Source of the DNA: Rikenellaceae bacterium
Lineage (GTDB): Bacteria > Bacteroidota > Bacteroidia > Bacteroidales > Rikenellaceae
Length of the DNA stretch: 64,000 bases
Direction: 5' to 3'
Assembly: GCA_031552535.1 (NCBI GenBank)
Contig: JAVBMJ010000041.1
Coordinates: 1-64,000, forward strand
The notes beneath the pieces were generated by a model. That model did not search any database. It was given only the letters and a program-made list of their open reading frames with translations, and was not told the DNA's origin. Of the stretch, positions 28,708-38,709 are shown one piece after another. Numbering within the stretch: the stretch's first letter is position 1; each line of letters opens with the position of its first letter. A program made the translations under genes and the position numbers.

Positions 28708-30225
28708 TTATCTGTTTATTTCTTCCTGGTAAACATTGCCCCACTGGTCTTTGGCTACCACTTTTACCGTGTTCCATGCAGCCGAAGGAGTGTAATAAAA
28801 CAAGTGGTTGGTAGTGATGGGCTCAACATGCGGAAACTTGGCCGGCACCTCCGGACCATAAAGCCTCGGATAAAGGAACGGATCGTAGTCCACGTAACGG
28901 GTCAGGCCGTTTTTTTTCAGAACCCCGTTCTCGTATACCTCCAGCGTCCACCTGTTGGGGTTCCAGTTCCAGATATTGGCTATGACGCTGTTGTTCTTCG
29001 ATGGCCAACTGCCAGGTGTGTAGAGCCTCATCTGGTAATTTTTGTCGCGATTCGTACCTTTATAATAAGCATTTACAATCTTATTGCCGCTTATCTCGTA
29101 AATCGCATAACCGTTGGGGCTGCCGTCAAAACTGGTGTCCTCGAACCAGAATACGCCACAGGCCGCCGAGATCACATCCTCCTCCATCTCCGCGGAAATA
29201 GTGGAGTTTATACAAAAATGAGAATGCCCCGACAGAAAACGCACATTATAACCCTGCAGCAATTCTAAAAGGCGGGCGTTGTTGGTCGTGCTGTAATATA
29301 CGGTCTTGATGGGAATATGCGCGGAAAGGATGATAAGTTTATCCTTAGGCACATATTGTAAATCTTTCTGCAACCATTCCAACTGCTCGCTTGAAACGGT
29401 TGCGGAATAAGTGCTTACGCCGTTATATATTATATTATCCAACACCACGAAATGGCAATCACCTATATTATAAGAATAGTAGGTTGGCCCCAACCATCTC
29501 TCATATTGCCAAGCCGCCTTACTGTCGCGGCCTGTCACTGTTTGATCGTAATCATGGTTGCCTATAACATGAAAAACAGGTGCGTCGAGTTTCTCGATAG
29601 CAGCCCTGTATCCGGGATAATAATCCATCCTGTCGAATACGGCATCACCCAGCATAACGCTGCTAACAGTCGTTGCTGCAGGAAACGATCCTATTACCGC
29701 ATTGACATCCTTGACCGTCTCGTTCTCGAATCGGGAAATATCACCTTCGTACCCTACCTGGGGATCGGCTATGGCCACCAGCACCTGTTCCGTGACCGGA
29801 ACAGGCCGCTTGTTCAGGCTGAAATAGGCCCATACCACATCTTTCGACTGATCGAGAGCTTGGTAAAACGCGGGAAGCGACCCCGTCCGCAAGTATTCAT
29901 AATCGGACGGAGCGATGACAAAAACAAATTTAGCGTCGTCGTTGCGTTTCATCTGATAGATCCCGTCCTCGTCGGTCTCTGCGATACTATATCCGTCGCT
30001 GACCAAAATACCGGCCACCGGAGCGCTACCGTCTTTGACCCGGCCCACGAGATTCATTCCTGAACGCACCTCGAAATCGGGGATCACCGGGTTGTGAAAA
30101 AGGGAAGTGTCGGGGTATTCCGGCCCGAAAAAATTCTCCGATCCTGCTCTATCGCACGAAGAGACCAAGGCACCCAGGAACAAAAATAATATTATACCAG
30201 AAATAAAATGTCTCATAAACAGCAA
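28708..30225 (-). CDS. Calcineurin-like metallophosphoesterase lipoprotein
   Basis: 505 aa. Lipoprotein signal ...LVSSC, GNHDYD motif and other MPE metal ligands, plus an N-terminal carboxypeptidase-regulatory-like beta domain. Confidence 0.75.
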   Translation of the reverse strand: MLFMRHFISGIILFLFLGALVSSCDRAGSENFFGPEYPDTSLFHNPVIPDFEVRSGMNLVGRVKDGSAPVAGILVSDGYSIAETDEDGIYQMKRNDDAKFVFVIAPSDYEYLRTGSLPAFYQALDQSKDVVWAYFSLNKRPVPVTEQVLVAIADPQVGYEGDISRFENETVKDVNAVIGSFPAATTVSSVMLGDAVFDRMDYYPGYRAAIEKLDAPVFHVIGNHDYDQTVTGRDSKAAWQYERWLGPTYYSYNIGDCHFVVLDNIIYNGVSTYSATVSSEQLEWLQKDLQYVPKDKLIILSAHIPIKTVYYSTTNNARLLELLQGYNVRFLSGHSHFCINSTISAEMEEDVISAACGVFWFEDTSFDGSPNGYAIYEISGNKIVNAYYKGTNRDKNYQMRLYTPGSWPSKNNSVIANIWNWNPNRWTLEVYENGVLKKNGLTRYVDYDPFLYPRLYGPEVPAKFPHVEPITTNHLFYYTPSAAWNTVKVVAKDQWGNVYQEEINR

Positions 30226-30232
30226 TACGATC

Positions 30233-31390
30233 CTATTTTCGGTCCATTATTTTTTGTATCTTCATAAAAAGCACCTCGCGGCGGGGGTTGTTGCGGCAAA
30301 TCACTCCCTGCATACGCACATAAAGCTGCGGTTTATTATTTTCGATGTACATTATCGTATAACAGCAACCGAACGACAAAAGCAGACTGGTGCCCAGGAT
30401 GAGATAGAACTGCGCCTCGTGCCCTATCCTGAACACCAATGCCGTTAATATCCACAACACGAACATGAACACATTGAGCATCAGCAGCTGGAATGTGGTC
30501 ATGACATGGCTGTTCCCCAGATCTATTATGATATGGTGAAAGTGCGTCTTGTCGGGCGAGAAGGGAGACTTGCCACGCATTATGCGGCTGGTCATAACCC
30601 TGATAGTATCGAAAATAGGTATCCCGAAAACGGCTATGACGAAGCTCACGCGGTAGTTGCTGTCGATATAAGTGCTGTCGCCCTCCAGTATGCGGATAAC
30701 GAATGCGCAGCAAATGATGCCCATCACCAGCGATCCGCCGTCGCCTATGAACATTTTGAACTTATGCCCGAAAACGTTGTGCATGAAGAAAGGGAACAGC
30801 GCGCCCAGCATGGCAGCCGAAAGTATGGCGAACGGCGTGTCGCCGCCTATGACGAAAAAGACTCCGCAAACGGCCGCGATGAACATGCCGTAGCCCGACA
30901 GCAACCCGTCGACGCCATCGATAAGGTTTATGGCGTTGGTGATGCCCACGCATGCGAACAGGGTCAACGGAATGGCGATGTAAAGCGAAATGCGATGTAT
31001 CCCCCACAGGCCGTGCAGGTCATCCATGAAGTACCCGCCCTGGAACATCAGCAGGCATACGGCAAGTATTTGCATCAGGAACTTGGTCGACGGCTTGAGG
31101 TTCAGGATATCGTCGGTGACTCCCGTGAACAACATCAACAGCATCGCCATAATGACGATAAACAACTGCGTGCAATCGCAGAAAAAACTCACGATACTAA
31201 GACATACGAATATCCCGAAGAACACCCCGACTCCCCCCAGCACGGGTATCGGCTCCTTGTTGAGCCTCCTTGCGTTGGGATTGTCGACTATAGACTTCAT
31301 TTTCGCAATCTTCACCAGATAGGGATGAGCGACGCTCACGGCTATTGCTGAAATGACGATGCTTAGCGGTATGATAATATAAAGGCTCAT
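30233..31390 (-). CDS. Polyprenyl-phosphate HexNAc-1-phosphate transferase (WecA/MraY family initiating transferase)
   Basis: 385 aa, ~10-11 TM. Contains a conserved DD motif and the family block NAINLIDGVDGL. Confidence 0.85.
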   Translation of the reverse strand: MSLYIIIPLSIVISAIAVSVAHPYLVKIAKMKSIVDNPNARRLNKEPIPVLGGVGVFFGIFVCLSIVSFFCDCTQLFIVIMAMLLMLFTGVTDDILNLKPSTKFLMQILAVCLLMFQGGYFMDDLHGLWGIHRISLYIAIPLTLFACVGITNAINLIDGVDGLLSGYGMFIAAVCGVFFVIGGDTPFAILSAAMLGALFPFFMHNVFGHKFKMFIGDGGSLVMGIICCAFVIRILEGDSTYIDSNYRVSFVIAVFGIPIFDTIRVMTSRIMRGKSPFSPDKTHFHHIIIDLGNSHVMTTFQLLMLNVFMFVLWILTALVFRIGHEAQFYLILGTSLLLSFGCCYTIMYIENNKPQLYVRMQGVICRNNPRREVLFMKIQKIMDRK

Positions 31391-31969
31391 GATATCAAAG
31401 AAAAACAGTAATTTCCAATTAACCCGGCAAGCAGCGACCTCTTACCTGATTACCATTTCATTTTGTATCTACCACAGCACTTTCCCATCCACACCCGATC
31501 CTCCGCCACGATTCCTTCACAGATTCTCCCAATGCGGCATACACAGGCCGCAAAGGTACTGATTATATTTTGAAATATGAAATCTCAACAGACTAATTAT
31601 GTGATGCAATGTCATTAAAATAAACAGGCGGCTCTTTGACCAACTATAAAATAACGCCTGCGGTCGGAATCGTATATAAAATCAGTTTTTAAGAGTCTGT
31701 CTAATTTTTTCATGTAAAATTTAAACAAACTTTCACATAGCCTGGTAGCTGCGCCGGCGACAAGGGAAAAGCCTGTATATTTCATAAAAAACCCGTAAAA
31801 ACACACCTGACTGCAATTATCCGGCGAGGTACGGGTGGCTGTACAATATTTTCGGTTTTCCGGAAGCATGCCGCAGATGCCGGCAGGAGTCAAAGGAGAT
31901 GCAAAGACAGGTATATTTTTTGTATAATTGCAGTATCATTAGTATTTTCATACCGTAAAAATCGCAACA

Positions 31970-32203
31970 ATGCCGGAAAACATATTGACTAAAGCCGCTA
32001 AATTCTATATCGATGGTTTCAGGTCGATGACATGGGGCAGGACGCTGTGGGTTATAGTGCTCATCAAACTGGCTATAATGTTCCTGGTGTTGAAACCGTT
32101 GTTTTTTCCACGCGTACTGAACCGCTTCGATTCCGGGGAGTCGCGCGCAAGACATGTGCTGGAACAACTAACAGACGATCATTATGATATTGGCAACGAG
32201 TGA
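31970..32203 (+). CDS. DUF4492 small membrane protein (cydAB-associated in Bacteroidetes)
   Basis: 77 aa, one TM, immediately upstream of and overlapping cydA. Confidence 0.7.
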   Translation: MPENILTKAAKFYIDGFRSMTWGRTLWVIVLIKLAIMFLVLKPLFFPRVLNRFDSGESRARHVLEQLTDDHYDIGNE

Positions 32204-32207
32204 AATA

Positions 32208-33770
32208 ATGCAGACCGTCGATTGGTCGCGTGCGCAGTTTGCCATGACGGCCATGTTCCACTGGGTGTTCGTACCGCTGACACTCGGACTTGGATTCATA
32301 TGCGCATTCATGGAGACCCGCTATTATCGGTCGGGCGACGGGTTCTGGAAACGCACGGCCCGTTTCTGGATGAAACTTTTCGGGATAAATTTCGCGTGCG
32401 GGGTCGCCACGGGGCTGATCCTTGAGTTCGAGTTCGGCACCAACTGGTCGAACTACTCCCATTTCGTAGGGGATATATTCGGCGCACCGCTGGCCATCGA
32501 GGGCATCGTGGCATTTTTCCTGGAGAGCACTTTCCTGGCAGTGATGTTCTTCGGCTGGAACAGGGTGTCGAAACGCTTCCACCTTACAGCCACATGGCTG
32601 ACCGCGGTGGGGGCGACCCTTTCGGCGTTGTGGATACTGGTCGCCAACGCCTGGATGCAATATCCGGTCGGGACGACGTTCAATATCGAGCGGGTGCGTA
32701 CCGAAATGTCGGATTTTTGGGAAATAGTCCTCTCACCTGTGGCGGTGACCAAATTTTTTCACACCACCCTCTCGGGATATGTGCTGGCATCGGTATTTGT
32801 GATGGGGGTCAGCGCATGGTTCCTGATCAGGGGCCGGGAGCGGCGCATGGCTTTGGCAAGCATTAAGATCGCGGGATGGTTCGGCCTGGTATGTTCGGTA
32901 CTGCTGGCCGTGACGGGCGATATGGCTGGGGCCGAGGTCGCCCGCCACCAGCCGATGAAACTCGCCGCTATGGAGGCGCACTACGACGGGGCCAAGGCTT
33001 CACCGCTGATATTGATAGGGGCTTTCAGGCAGAACGGTCCCACGGCCGAAGAGTCGTTCCGGTTCAAAGTAGAGATACCTTACATGTTGTCCATAATGAG
33101 TTTCCGTGATCGCTACGCCTTTGTGCCTGGGATCAACGACCTTCTTTACGGCAACAAGAAAGAGGGAGTGCGGTCGGTAAAGGAAAAAATGGAACGGGGC
33201 CGTATCGCCCGCGGGGTCATGGCCCAATACGCTGCGGCCCGGGAGGCGGGAGACCAGCATAGTGTCGACTCTTTGGCGCGTTGGTTCGATCCTTCGGACC
33301 AGGGAGGCAAGGCGTTCCTGTCGGGGTACTTCCGTTATCTGGGTTATAGCTACTTCTCGTCGCCGGAGGAGACCGTGCCCAATGTGCCGTTGTTGTTTTA
33401 CAGTTTCAGGGTGATGGTAGGCGCCGGATGCTACTTTATACTGATGTTCGCCGTAGCTCTATGGATGCTCTACCGCCGTAAAGTGGCAGACCGGCGCTGG
33501 ATGTTGCGGGCGATGCTCTGGTCGGTACCGCTTGCTTATGTTGCCGGATGGGCGGGATGGATCGTCACGGAGGTGGGGCGCCAACCGTGGACGATCTACG
33601 AGATGTTGCCTACGGTGGCTTCGGTATCGCACTTGGATCCGGGGGCTGTTAAGACGACGTTTTTTATTTTCCTGACGCTTTTCACCGTACTGCTCGCCGT
33701 AGAGTTACGGATCATGTTCCGCCAGATAGCCAAAGGACCCGACGATCCGGAAACGGAAACAGATAAGTAA
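32208..33770 (+). CDS. cydA: Cytochrome bd ubiquinol oxidase subunit I
   Basis: CydA N-terminus RAQFAMTAMFHWVFVPLTLG and the Q-loop region. The ORF is open from 32184. Confidence 0.9.
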   Translation: MQTVDWSRAQFAMTAMFHWVFVPLTLGLGFICAFMETRYYRSGDGFWKRTARFWMKLFGINFACGVATGLILEFEFGTNWSNYSHFVGDIFGAPLAIEGIVAFFLESTFLAVMFFGWNRVSKRFHLTATWLTAVGATLSALWILVANAWMQYPVGTTFNIERVRTEMSDFWEIVLSPVAVTKFFHTTLSGYVLASVFVMGVSAWFLIRGRERRMALASIKIAGWFGLVCSVLLAVTGDMAGAEVARHQPMKLAAMEAHYDGAKASPLILIGAFRQNGPTAEESFRFKVEIPYMLSIMSFRDRYAFVPGINDLLYGNKKEGVRSVKEKMERGRIARGVMAQYAAAREAGDQHSVDSLARWFDPSDQGGKAFLSGYFRYLGYSYFSSPEETVPNVPLLFYSFRVMVGAGCYFILMFAVALWMLYRRKVADRRWMLRAMLWSVPLAYVAGWAGWIVTEVGRQPWTIYEMLPTVASVSHLDPGAVKTTFFIFLTLFTVLLAVELRIMFRQIAKGPDDPETETDK

Positions 33771-33815
33771 TCTCAAACATCAATCACTTAAAATAACAGA
33801 TTAACCGGTAGGAAA

Positions 33816-34955
33816 ATGGAACTTGGTTATGATTTTCTGCAACATTACTGGGGCGTGACAGTTTCGCTGTTGGGCGGCATTCTTGTTTTCCTGCTGTTTG
33901 TCCAGGGGGGCCAGGGCCTTCTCTACGGCCTGGGGCGTAATGCCAGGCAGCGCGACCTGATCATCGCTTCGCTGCATACGAAATGGGCGCTGACATTTAC
34001 AACCCTCGTAATGTTTGGCGGAGCCGTATTCGCGTCGTTCCCACTATATTATAGCACCAGTTTCGGAGGTGCGTTCTATCTGTGGATGTCCATCCTGCTG
34101 TTGTTTGTGGTGCAGGCCGTTGCCTTCGAGTTCCGGGGGATGTCAGGCAACGTGTTTGGCGACAGGTTCTACGAATGGATATTGGCGGCAGGCGGTATCG
34201 GGGGGACATTCCTTCTGGGAGTGGCTGTCGGAATGTATTTCACGGGAGGTAATTTCGATATCGACATGGCCCGTATGTCGGCTTCGGGAGGCGACGTGGC
34301 GATTTCGCGCTGGACCTCGCCGTGGCGCGGACTCGAAATGGTATTCAATCCGACCAATAGCGTGCTTGGAATCATGCTTGTGCTGTTATCTCGGGTGCTG
34401 GCTCTAGAGTATTTCATCAACGACATAAATGACAGCGAAATGGGGGAACATGCGAGGAAGATGTTGCGCTGGCACGGAGTGCTGTTCGTGGTGTTTTTTG
34501 TGGTTTTCATGATCCGCGTGCTCACTTCTGTCGGCGTGAGTACCGAAGGAGGAGTGATACATATCGAGCAGTACAAATTTTTACACAATATGGTCCAGAT
34601 GCCCGTGGTGGCGCTGCTGTTCATGACGGGCGCGGCATCGGTAGTGACGGGAATATTGCTCGATCTGCTGACTCACTACCGCAATGGAATATGGTTTGGC
34701 GGAGCCGGTACGATAGCAGTGGTTACGGCGCTTCTTATCGTTGTCGGGTTCAACAACACGGCTTATTTTCGTTCGCTGGTGGACATTGGCGATTCGATTA
34801 CGATGGAGAACAGTTCGTCGAGCCGCTTTACGCTCCAGGTCATGTTCTACGTATCGCTGCTAATACCTGTTGTAGTGGCCTATGTATGGTACGTATGGCG
34901 TGCGATGAACCGTGGCAAAACCTCGGAGAGGACGGTCAGGGAAGAGGGGTATTGA
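33816..34955 (+). CDS. cydB: Cytochrome bd ubiquinol oxidase subunit II
   Basis: 379 aa polytopic protein directly after cydA. Confidence 0.85.
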   Translation: MELGYDFLQHYWGVTVSLLGGILVFLLFVQGGQGLLYGLGRNARQRDLIIASLHTKWALTFTTLVMFGGAVFASFPLYYSTSFGGAFYLWMSILLLFVVQAVAFEFRGMSGNVFGDRFYEWILAAGGIGGTFLLGVAVGMYFTGGNFDIDMARMSASGGDVAISRWTSPWRGLEMVFNPTNSVLGIMLVLLSRVLALEYFINDINDSEMGEHARKMLRWHGVLFVVFFVVFMIRVLTSVGVSTEGGVIHIEQYKFLHNMVQMPVVALLFMTGAASVVTGILLDLLTHYRNGIWFGGAGTIAVVTALLIVVGFNNTAYFRSLVDIGDSITMENSSSSRFTLQVMFYVSLLIPVVVAYVWYVWRAMNRGKTSERTVREEGY

Positions 34956-35176
34956 AACCTGATAAAAGTCGCCGGCGAGTTACCGGGAGACAGTTTCTTA
35001 AAAAAATCTTAGAAGCTGTTTGGATTTGTTAACGAGATTATTTTATATCGTTTTGCCGATGATTTCTCGCGGTGGGATGAGGCGAATAGCGGCCCCTATT
35101 TAACGAATCACACCGCGGGAAAGCGCGGAAAAGAGAATAAAAGAACGAAATTAATAAATTCAAAACAGCTTCTAAC

Positions 35177-35494
35177 ATGAGTTGGTTGCTTCTGTTCCTG
35201 GCGGGGATCTTTGAGATAGGCTGGCCACTGGGGTTTAAACTGGCTTCCGGCAAGCGGCCCGTATTATTATACCTGGCACTCGCCATCGTATCTATGGGCC
35301 TGAGCGGGTGGCTGTTGTATCTGGCCCAGCGCTCGATTCCCATAGGTACGGCTTATGCCGTCTGGACGGGTATAGGTGCGGTGGGGACACTGGTTATCGG
35401 GATAGTATTTTTCGGGGACTCTGCAAGCCTGTGGAGGCTGGCGTCGGCGTTTCTGATCATAGTTGGTATCGTGGGGCTCAAACTCGCCGCCTGA
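35177..35494 (+). CDS. sugE: SMR-family small multidrug/guanidinium exporter (SugE/Gdx-like)
   Basis: 105 aa, 4 TM, conserved membrane Glu in TM1 (IFEIGWP) with the GIGAVG motif. Confidence 0.8.
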   Translation: MSWLLLFLAGIFEIGWPLGFKLASGKRPVLLYLALAIVSMGLSGWLLYLAQRSIPIGTAYAVWTGIGAVGTLVIGIVFFGDSASLWRLASAFLIIVGIVGLKLAA

Positions 35495-35570
35495 GGCCGG
35501 AGGCAAATAACGCAAAATTTGGCAATAGACAGATAATATTGCTAATTTTGTGTTCTAAACAATTTTTCGA

Positions 35571-36578
35571 ATGGGATATACGATAGGGAAAGACGCACGG
35601 TGTGCGGTGATAGGCCATGGCAGTTGGGCCACGGCGCTGGTAAAGATATTGCTGGAAAACAAGCCGCAGGTGGCGTGGTATGTACGCAATCTCGAAGCTC
35701 TTTCGCATATAGCCACCCACGGTACCAATCCGAAGTACCTGAGGGATGTGCACTTCGATGTGTCGAAACTGTCGCTTACCGACGATATAAACGAGGCCGT
35801 AAGGGATGCCGATGTGGTCGTGCTCGCCGTGCCATCGGCGTTTTTGAAATCGGCGCTGTCGTCATTGACGTTGCCTTTGGAGGATAAATATGTGGTTTCT
35901 GCGATCAAAGGTATCGTTCCGGACGACTATGTGACGGTGGCGGAATATATCAACGCCCGCTATGGGGTCCCGATGACGCAGGTAGGCATTGTCGCAGGGC
36001 CGTGCCACGCCGAGGAGGTGGCTCTGGAGCGGTTGTCGTATCTGACAATGGTCGGGGGAAGTGCAGAGAATGCCGCGACGCTCGGCGACATGTTCCGCAC
36101 GGATTATATCAAAGTATCGTGCTCGACCGACGTGCTGGGCACGGAATATGCATCGGTATTGAAGAATATCTATGCCATAGCCGTGGGAATAGCTACCGGG
36201 TTGGGCTATGGCGACAACTTCATGGCGGTGCTCATCTCCAATTCGGCGATGGAGATGGACCGTTTCCTGGGGCAGGCCTTTCCCGGGGAGCGCAACACCG
36301 ATGCGTCGGCATACCTGGGAGATTTGCTCGTCACGTCGTACTCGCAGTTCAGCCGCAACCGCACATTCGGGGTCATGGTGGGTAAGGGGTACAGCGTAAA
36401 GTCTATACAGGCCGAGATGAACATGGTGGCCGAAGGATATTACGCCAGCGAGTGTATACGCGGTGTTAAAACGATACATGATATCGACATGCCTATTGCC
36501 GAGGCTGTACACCGCATACTTTATGACGGGGCGCCGGCAGCCGAAATTATCAGGGAATTGACTTATAAATTGATATGA
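35571..36578 (+). CDS. gpsA: NAD(P)H-dependent glycerol-3-phosphate dehydrogenase
   Basis: 335 aa. N-terminus [15 protein letters not shown] with GpsA blocks throughout. Confidence 0.9.
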   Translation: MGYTIGKDARCAVIGHGSWATALVKILLENKPQVAWYVRNLEALSHIATHGTNPKYLRDVHFDVSKLSLTDDINEAVRDADVVVLAVPSAFLKSALSSLTLPLEDKYVVSAIKGIVPDDYVTVAEYINARYGVPMTQVGIVAGPCHAEEVALERLSYLTMVGGSAENAATLGDMFRTDYIKVSCSTDVLGTEYASVLKNIYAIAVGIATGLGYGDNFMAVLISNSAMEMDRFLGQAFPGERNTDASAYLGDLLVTSYSQFSRNRTFGVMVGKGYSVKSIQAEMNMVAEGYYASECIRGVKTIHDIDMPIAEAVHRILYDGAPAAEIIRELTYKLI

Positions 36579-36579
36579 C

Positions 36580-37914
36580 ATGCTGAAATTTGAAACCAAA
36601 ATGGCGGAGCGGTTCGTTTCGCGTGCCGAAATGGAAGCTCTTTATGCGTCGGCCGACAACGCCAATGCGCTGTTACACAACGGACAGGGAGCAGGCAACG
36701 ACTTTCTGGGATGGGTAGGCCTGCCCGGGTCGATCACCACAGAGGAACTCCGCCGGATAGGTAATGTCGCCGGCGGGTTGCGGTCGAAGGCCGAAGTAAT
36801 TATCGTGATCGGAATCGGCGGATCGTACCTCGGGGCTAAAGCGGTGCTTGAAGCGATGGGCGACAGTTTCGCGTCCTTGCGTCGCGACGGGGGCCCGGTG
36901 GTGGTTTTTGCGGGGGAGAATCTCAGCGAGGACTACACATGGCAGCTGCTCAATGCCGTTGAAAGGCGTTCGGTTGCTGCGATAGTTATTTCGAAGTCGG
37001 GAACAACGACCGAACCTGCGGTAGCTTTCAGATTGATCAAGAATATGTTGGAGCGCCGCTACGGGAAAGCCGAGGCCGCCACACGTATCGTAGCGGTCAC
37101 AGATAAGGCGAGAGGGGCGCTCAAGCAAGTGGCGACGGAGGAGGGTTACGAAACGTTTGTTATCCCCGACGATGTGGGCGGACGGTTCTCTGTGCTTACC
37201 CCGGTGGGATTGCTGCCGTTGGCGGCGGCTGGTGTCGATATAGAGGCGCTGGTACGCGGAGCGCAGGATATGGAGCGTGCCACGTCAACGGGTGTGCCTG
37301 CGGCGGAAAACCCTGCCGCACGTTATGCCATAGTACGCAATATTCTGTACGGCAACGGATTCAAAATAGAAATACTCGCCAGTTACGAGCCCCGTCTGCA
37401 ATACGTCGCCGAGTGGTGGAAACAGCTTTACGGCGAAAGCGAAGGCAAAGAGGGGAAGGGGATATTTCCTGCCAGCGTTACATTGACAGCCGACCTTCAC
37501 TCGATGGGCCAGTATATTCAGGACGGTGAGCGTATGCTGTTTGAGACGGTGCTCAGCGTCGAAAATCCCGACCACGAGGTTCGTATCGAAGCCGATGCGG
37601 ATAACCTCGACGGCTTGAATTTTCTTGCAGGCAAACGGCTCAGCGAAGTTAACCGCATGGCAGAATTGGGGACTATGCTTGCGCACGTCGACGGGGGAGT
37701 GCCTAACCTCGGCATATCTATCGAACGTGTAGACGCTTACAACGTAGGAGCATTGCTGTACTTCTTCGAGAAGGCATGCGGCATAAGCGGCTACATGCTT
37801 GGGGTCAATCCCTTCGACCAACCGGGAGTGGAGGCGTATAAGAAAAATATGTTCGCCCTGCTGGGTAAGCCCGGGTACGAAAAAGAGGGCGAGACGTTGC
37901 GCGCAAAATTATAG
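36580..37914 (+). CDS. pgi: Glucose-6-phosphate isomerase
   Basis: 444 aa. PGI signatures IGIGGSYLG and GxSEGK. The ATGA start overlaps the gpsA stop. Confidence 0.9.
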   Translation: MLKFETKMAERFVSRAEMEALYASADNANALLHNGQGAGNDFLGWVGLPGSITTEELRRIGNVAGGLRSKAEVIIVIGIGGSYLGAKAVLEAMGDSFASLRRDGGPVVVFAGENLSEDYTWQLLNAVERRSVAAIVISKSGTTTEPAVAFRLIKNMLERRYGKAEAATRIVAVTDKARGALKQVATEEGYETFVIPDDVGGRFSVLTPVGLLPLAAAGVDIEALVRGAQDMERATSTGVPAAENPAARYAIVRNILYGNGFKIEILASYEPRLQYVAEWWKQLYGESEGKEGKGIFPASVTLTADLHSMGQYIQDGERMLFETVLSVENPDHEVRIEADADNLDGLNFLAGKRLSEVNRMAELGTMLAHVDGGVPNLGISIERVDAYNVGALLYFFEKACGISGYMLGVNPFDQPGVEAYKKNMFALLGKPGYEKEGETLRAKL

Positions 37915-37953
37915 GTACGGGTCTGTTGCGGCAGGAGTGATGATGGTATCACT

Positions 37954-38011
37954 CAGAGTCTGTCTAAGAAACTGTTTAATTTTTCTACAGGAAAATTAGA
38001 CGGACTCTCAG
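37954..38011. repeat. Dyad-symmetric member of a short intergenic repeat family: CAGAGTCTGTCTAAGAAACTGTTTAA - hairpin - TTAGACGGACTCTCAG
   Basis: Motif M1 AGTCTGTCTAA and its reverse complement (1 mismatch) flank motif M2 AAACTGTTTAA. Lies 40 nt after the pgi stop. Confidence 0.55.
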
Positions 38012-38081
38012 CGTTACAACCCCAGGTATGGCGTTTTTATGGAACAACAGTCCTGACAGGGGATATGGACAATAGATATAA

Positions 38082-38576
38082 ATGAATGATAAGAAAATAA
38101 ATATGACAGCTAAATTGAAGTTGGCGCTTGTGGCGCACGACCATATGAAACGCGATCTGGCCGAGTGGGTGGATTGGAATTGGGAGATATTATTGAGGCA
38201 TCACCTGGTGTGTACGGGGACTACCGGCAAAATGGTGACGCAGACCCTTATGGAGCGTCATGGGTTGCAACATTCGTCGGCTTCGTTCGATATAACGCTA
38301 TTGAAATCGGGGCCGCTGGGTGGCGACCAGCAGTTGGGGTCGATGATCGCCGAGGGCGGGATAAGCGCACTTATATTTTTCTGGGATCCGATGCAGGCAC
38401 AACCTCACGACGTCGATGTGAAGGCTTTGCTGCGTCTTGCCACTCTTTATAATGTTCCTACGGCGATCAACCGCTCGACAGCCGATTTTCTGATTTCGTC
38501 ACCGCTTTTTGTAGGGGACTATATTCCGGTGGTCAAGGATTATCGGGGGTACGTGGAACGGACGCTTGATGAGTGA
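38082..38576 (+). CDS. mgsA: Methylglyoxal synthase
   Basis: MgsA blocks LALVAHDHMK and GPLGGDQQ(L)GSMIAEG. The start may be 38106 (MTAKLKL). Confidence 0.85.
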   Translation: MNDKKINMTAKLKLALVAHDHMKRDLAEWVDWNWEILLRHHLVCTGTTGKMVTQTLMERHGLQHSSASFDITLLKSGPLGGDQQLGSMIAEGGISALIFFWDPMQAQPHDVDVKALLRLATLYNVPTAINRSTADFLISSPLFVGDYIPVVKDYRGYVERTLDE

Positions 38577-38709
38577 CCTGCAGCTACGACCTTGTGTGAA
38601 ATCAGAGTATGCACCATCAACCCGGCAAGTTAAACAGGACTAAGAAACTTGTCTAAATTTCCAAAGAAGGTAATGTGTCCAAAATAGTTTGATGAAATAC
38701 GCTTCATCA

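Noticed and set aside
31615-31893. 92-aa ORF in the wecA / DUF4492 divergent promoter region
   Set aside because: No motifs and Cys/Arg-rich. The region is more plausibly a pair of divergent promoters, and it carries a copy of the short intergenic repeat.
35040-35176. Possible guanidine riboswitch (ykkC / mini-ykkC / ykkC-III) upstream of the SugE/Gdx-like SMR exporter
   Set aside because: The leader has one hairpin (CCGCG-GGAAAG-CGCGG) but none of the ACGR loop pairs (guanidine-II), the GGGA/ACGG cores (guanidine-I) or the guanidine-III pseudoknot consensus. It cannot be supported from sequence.
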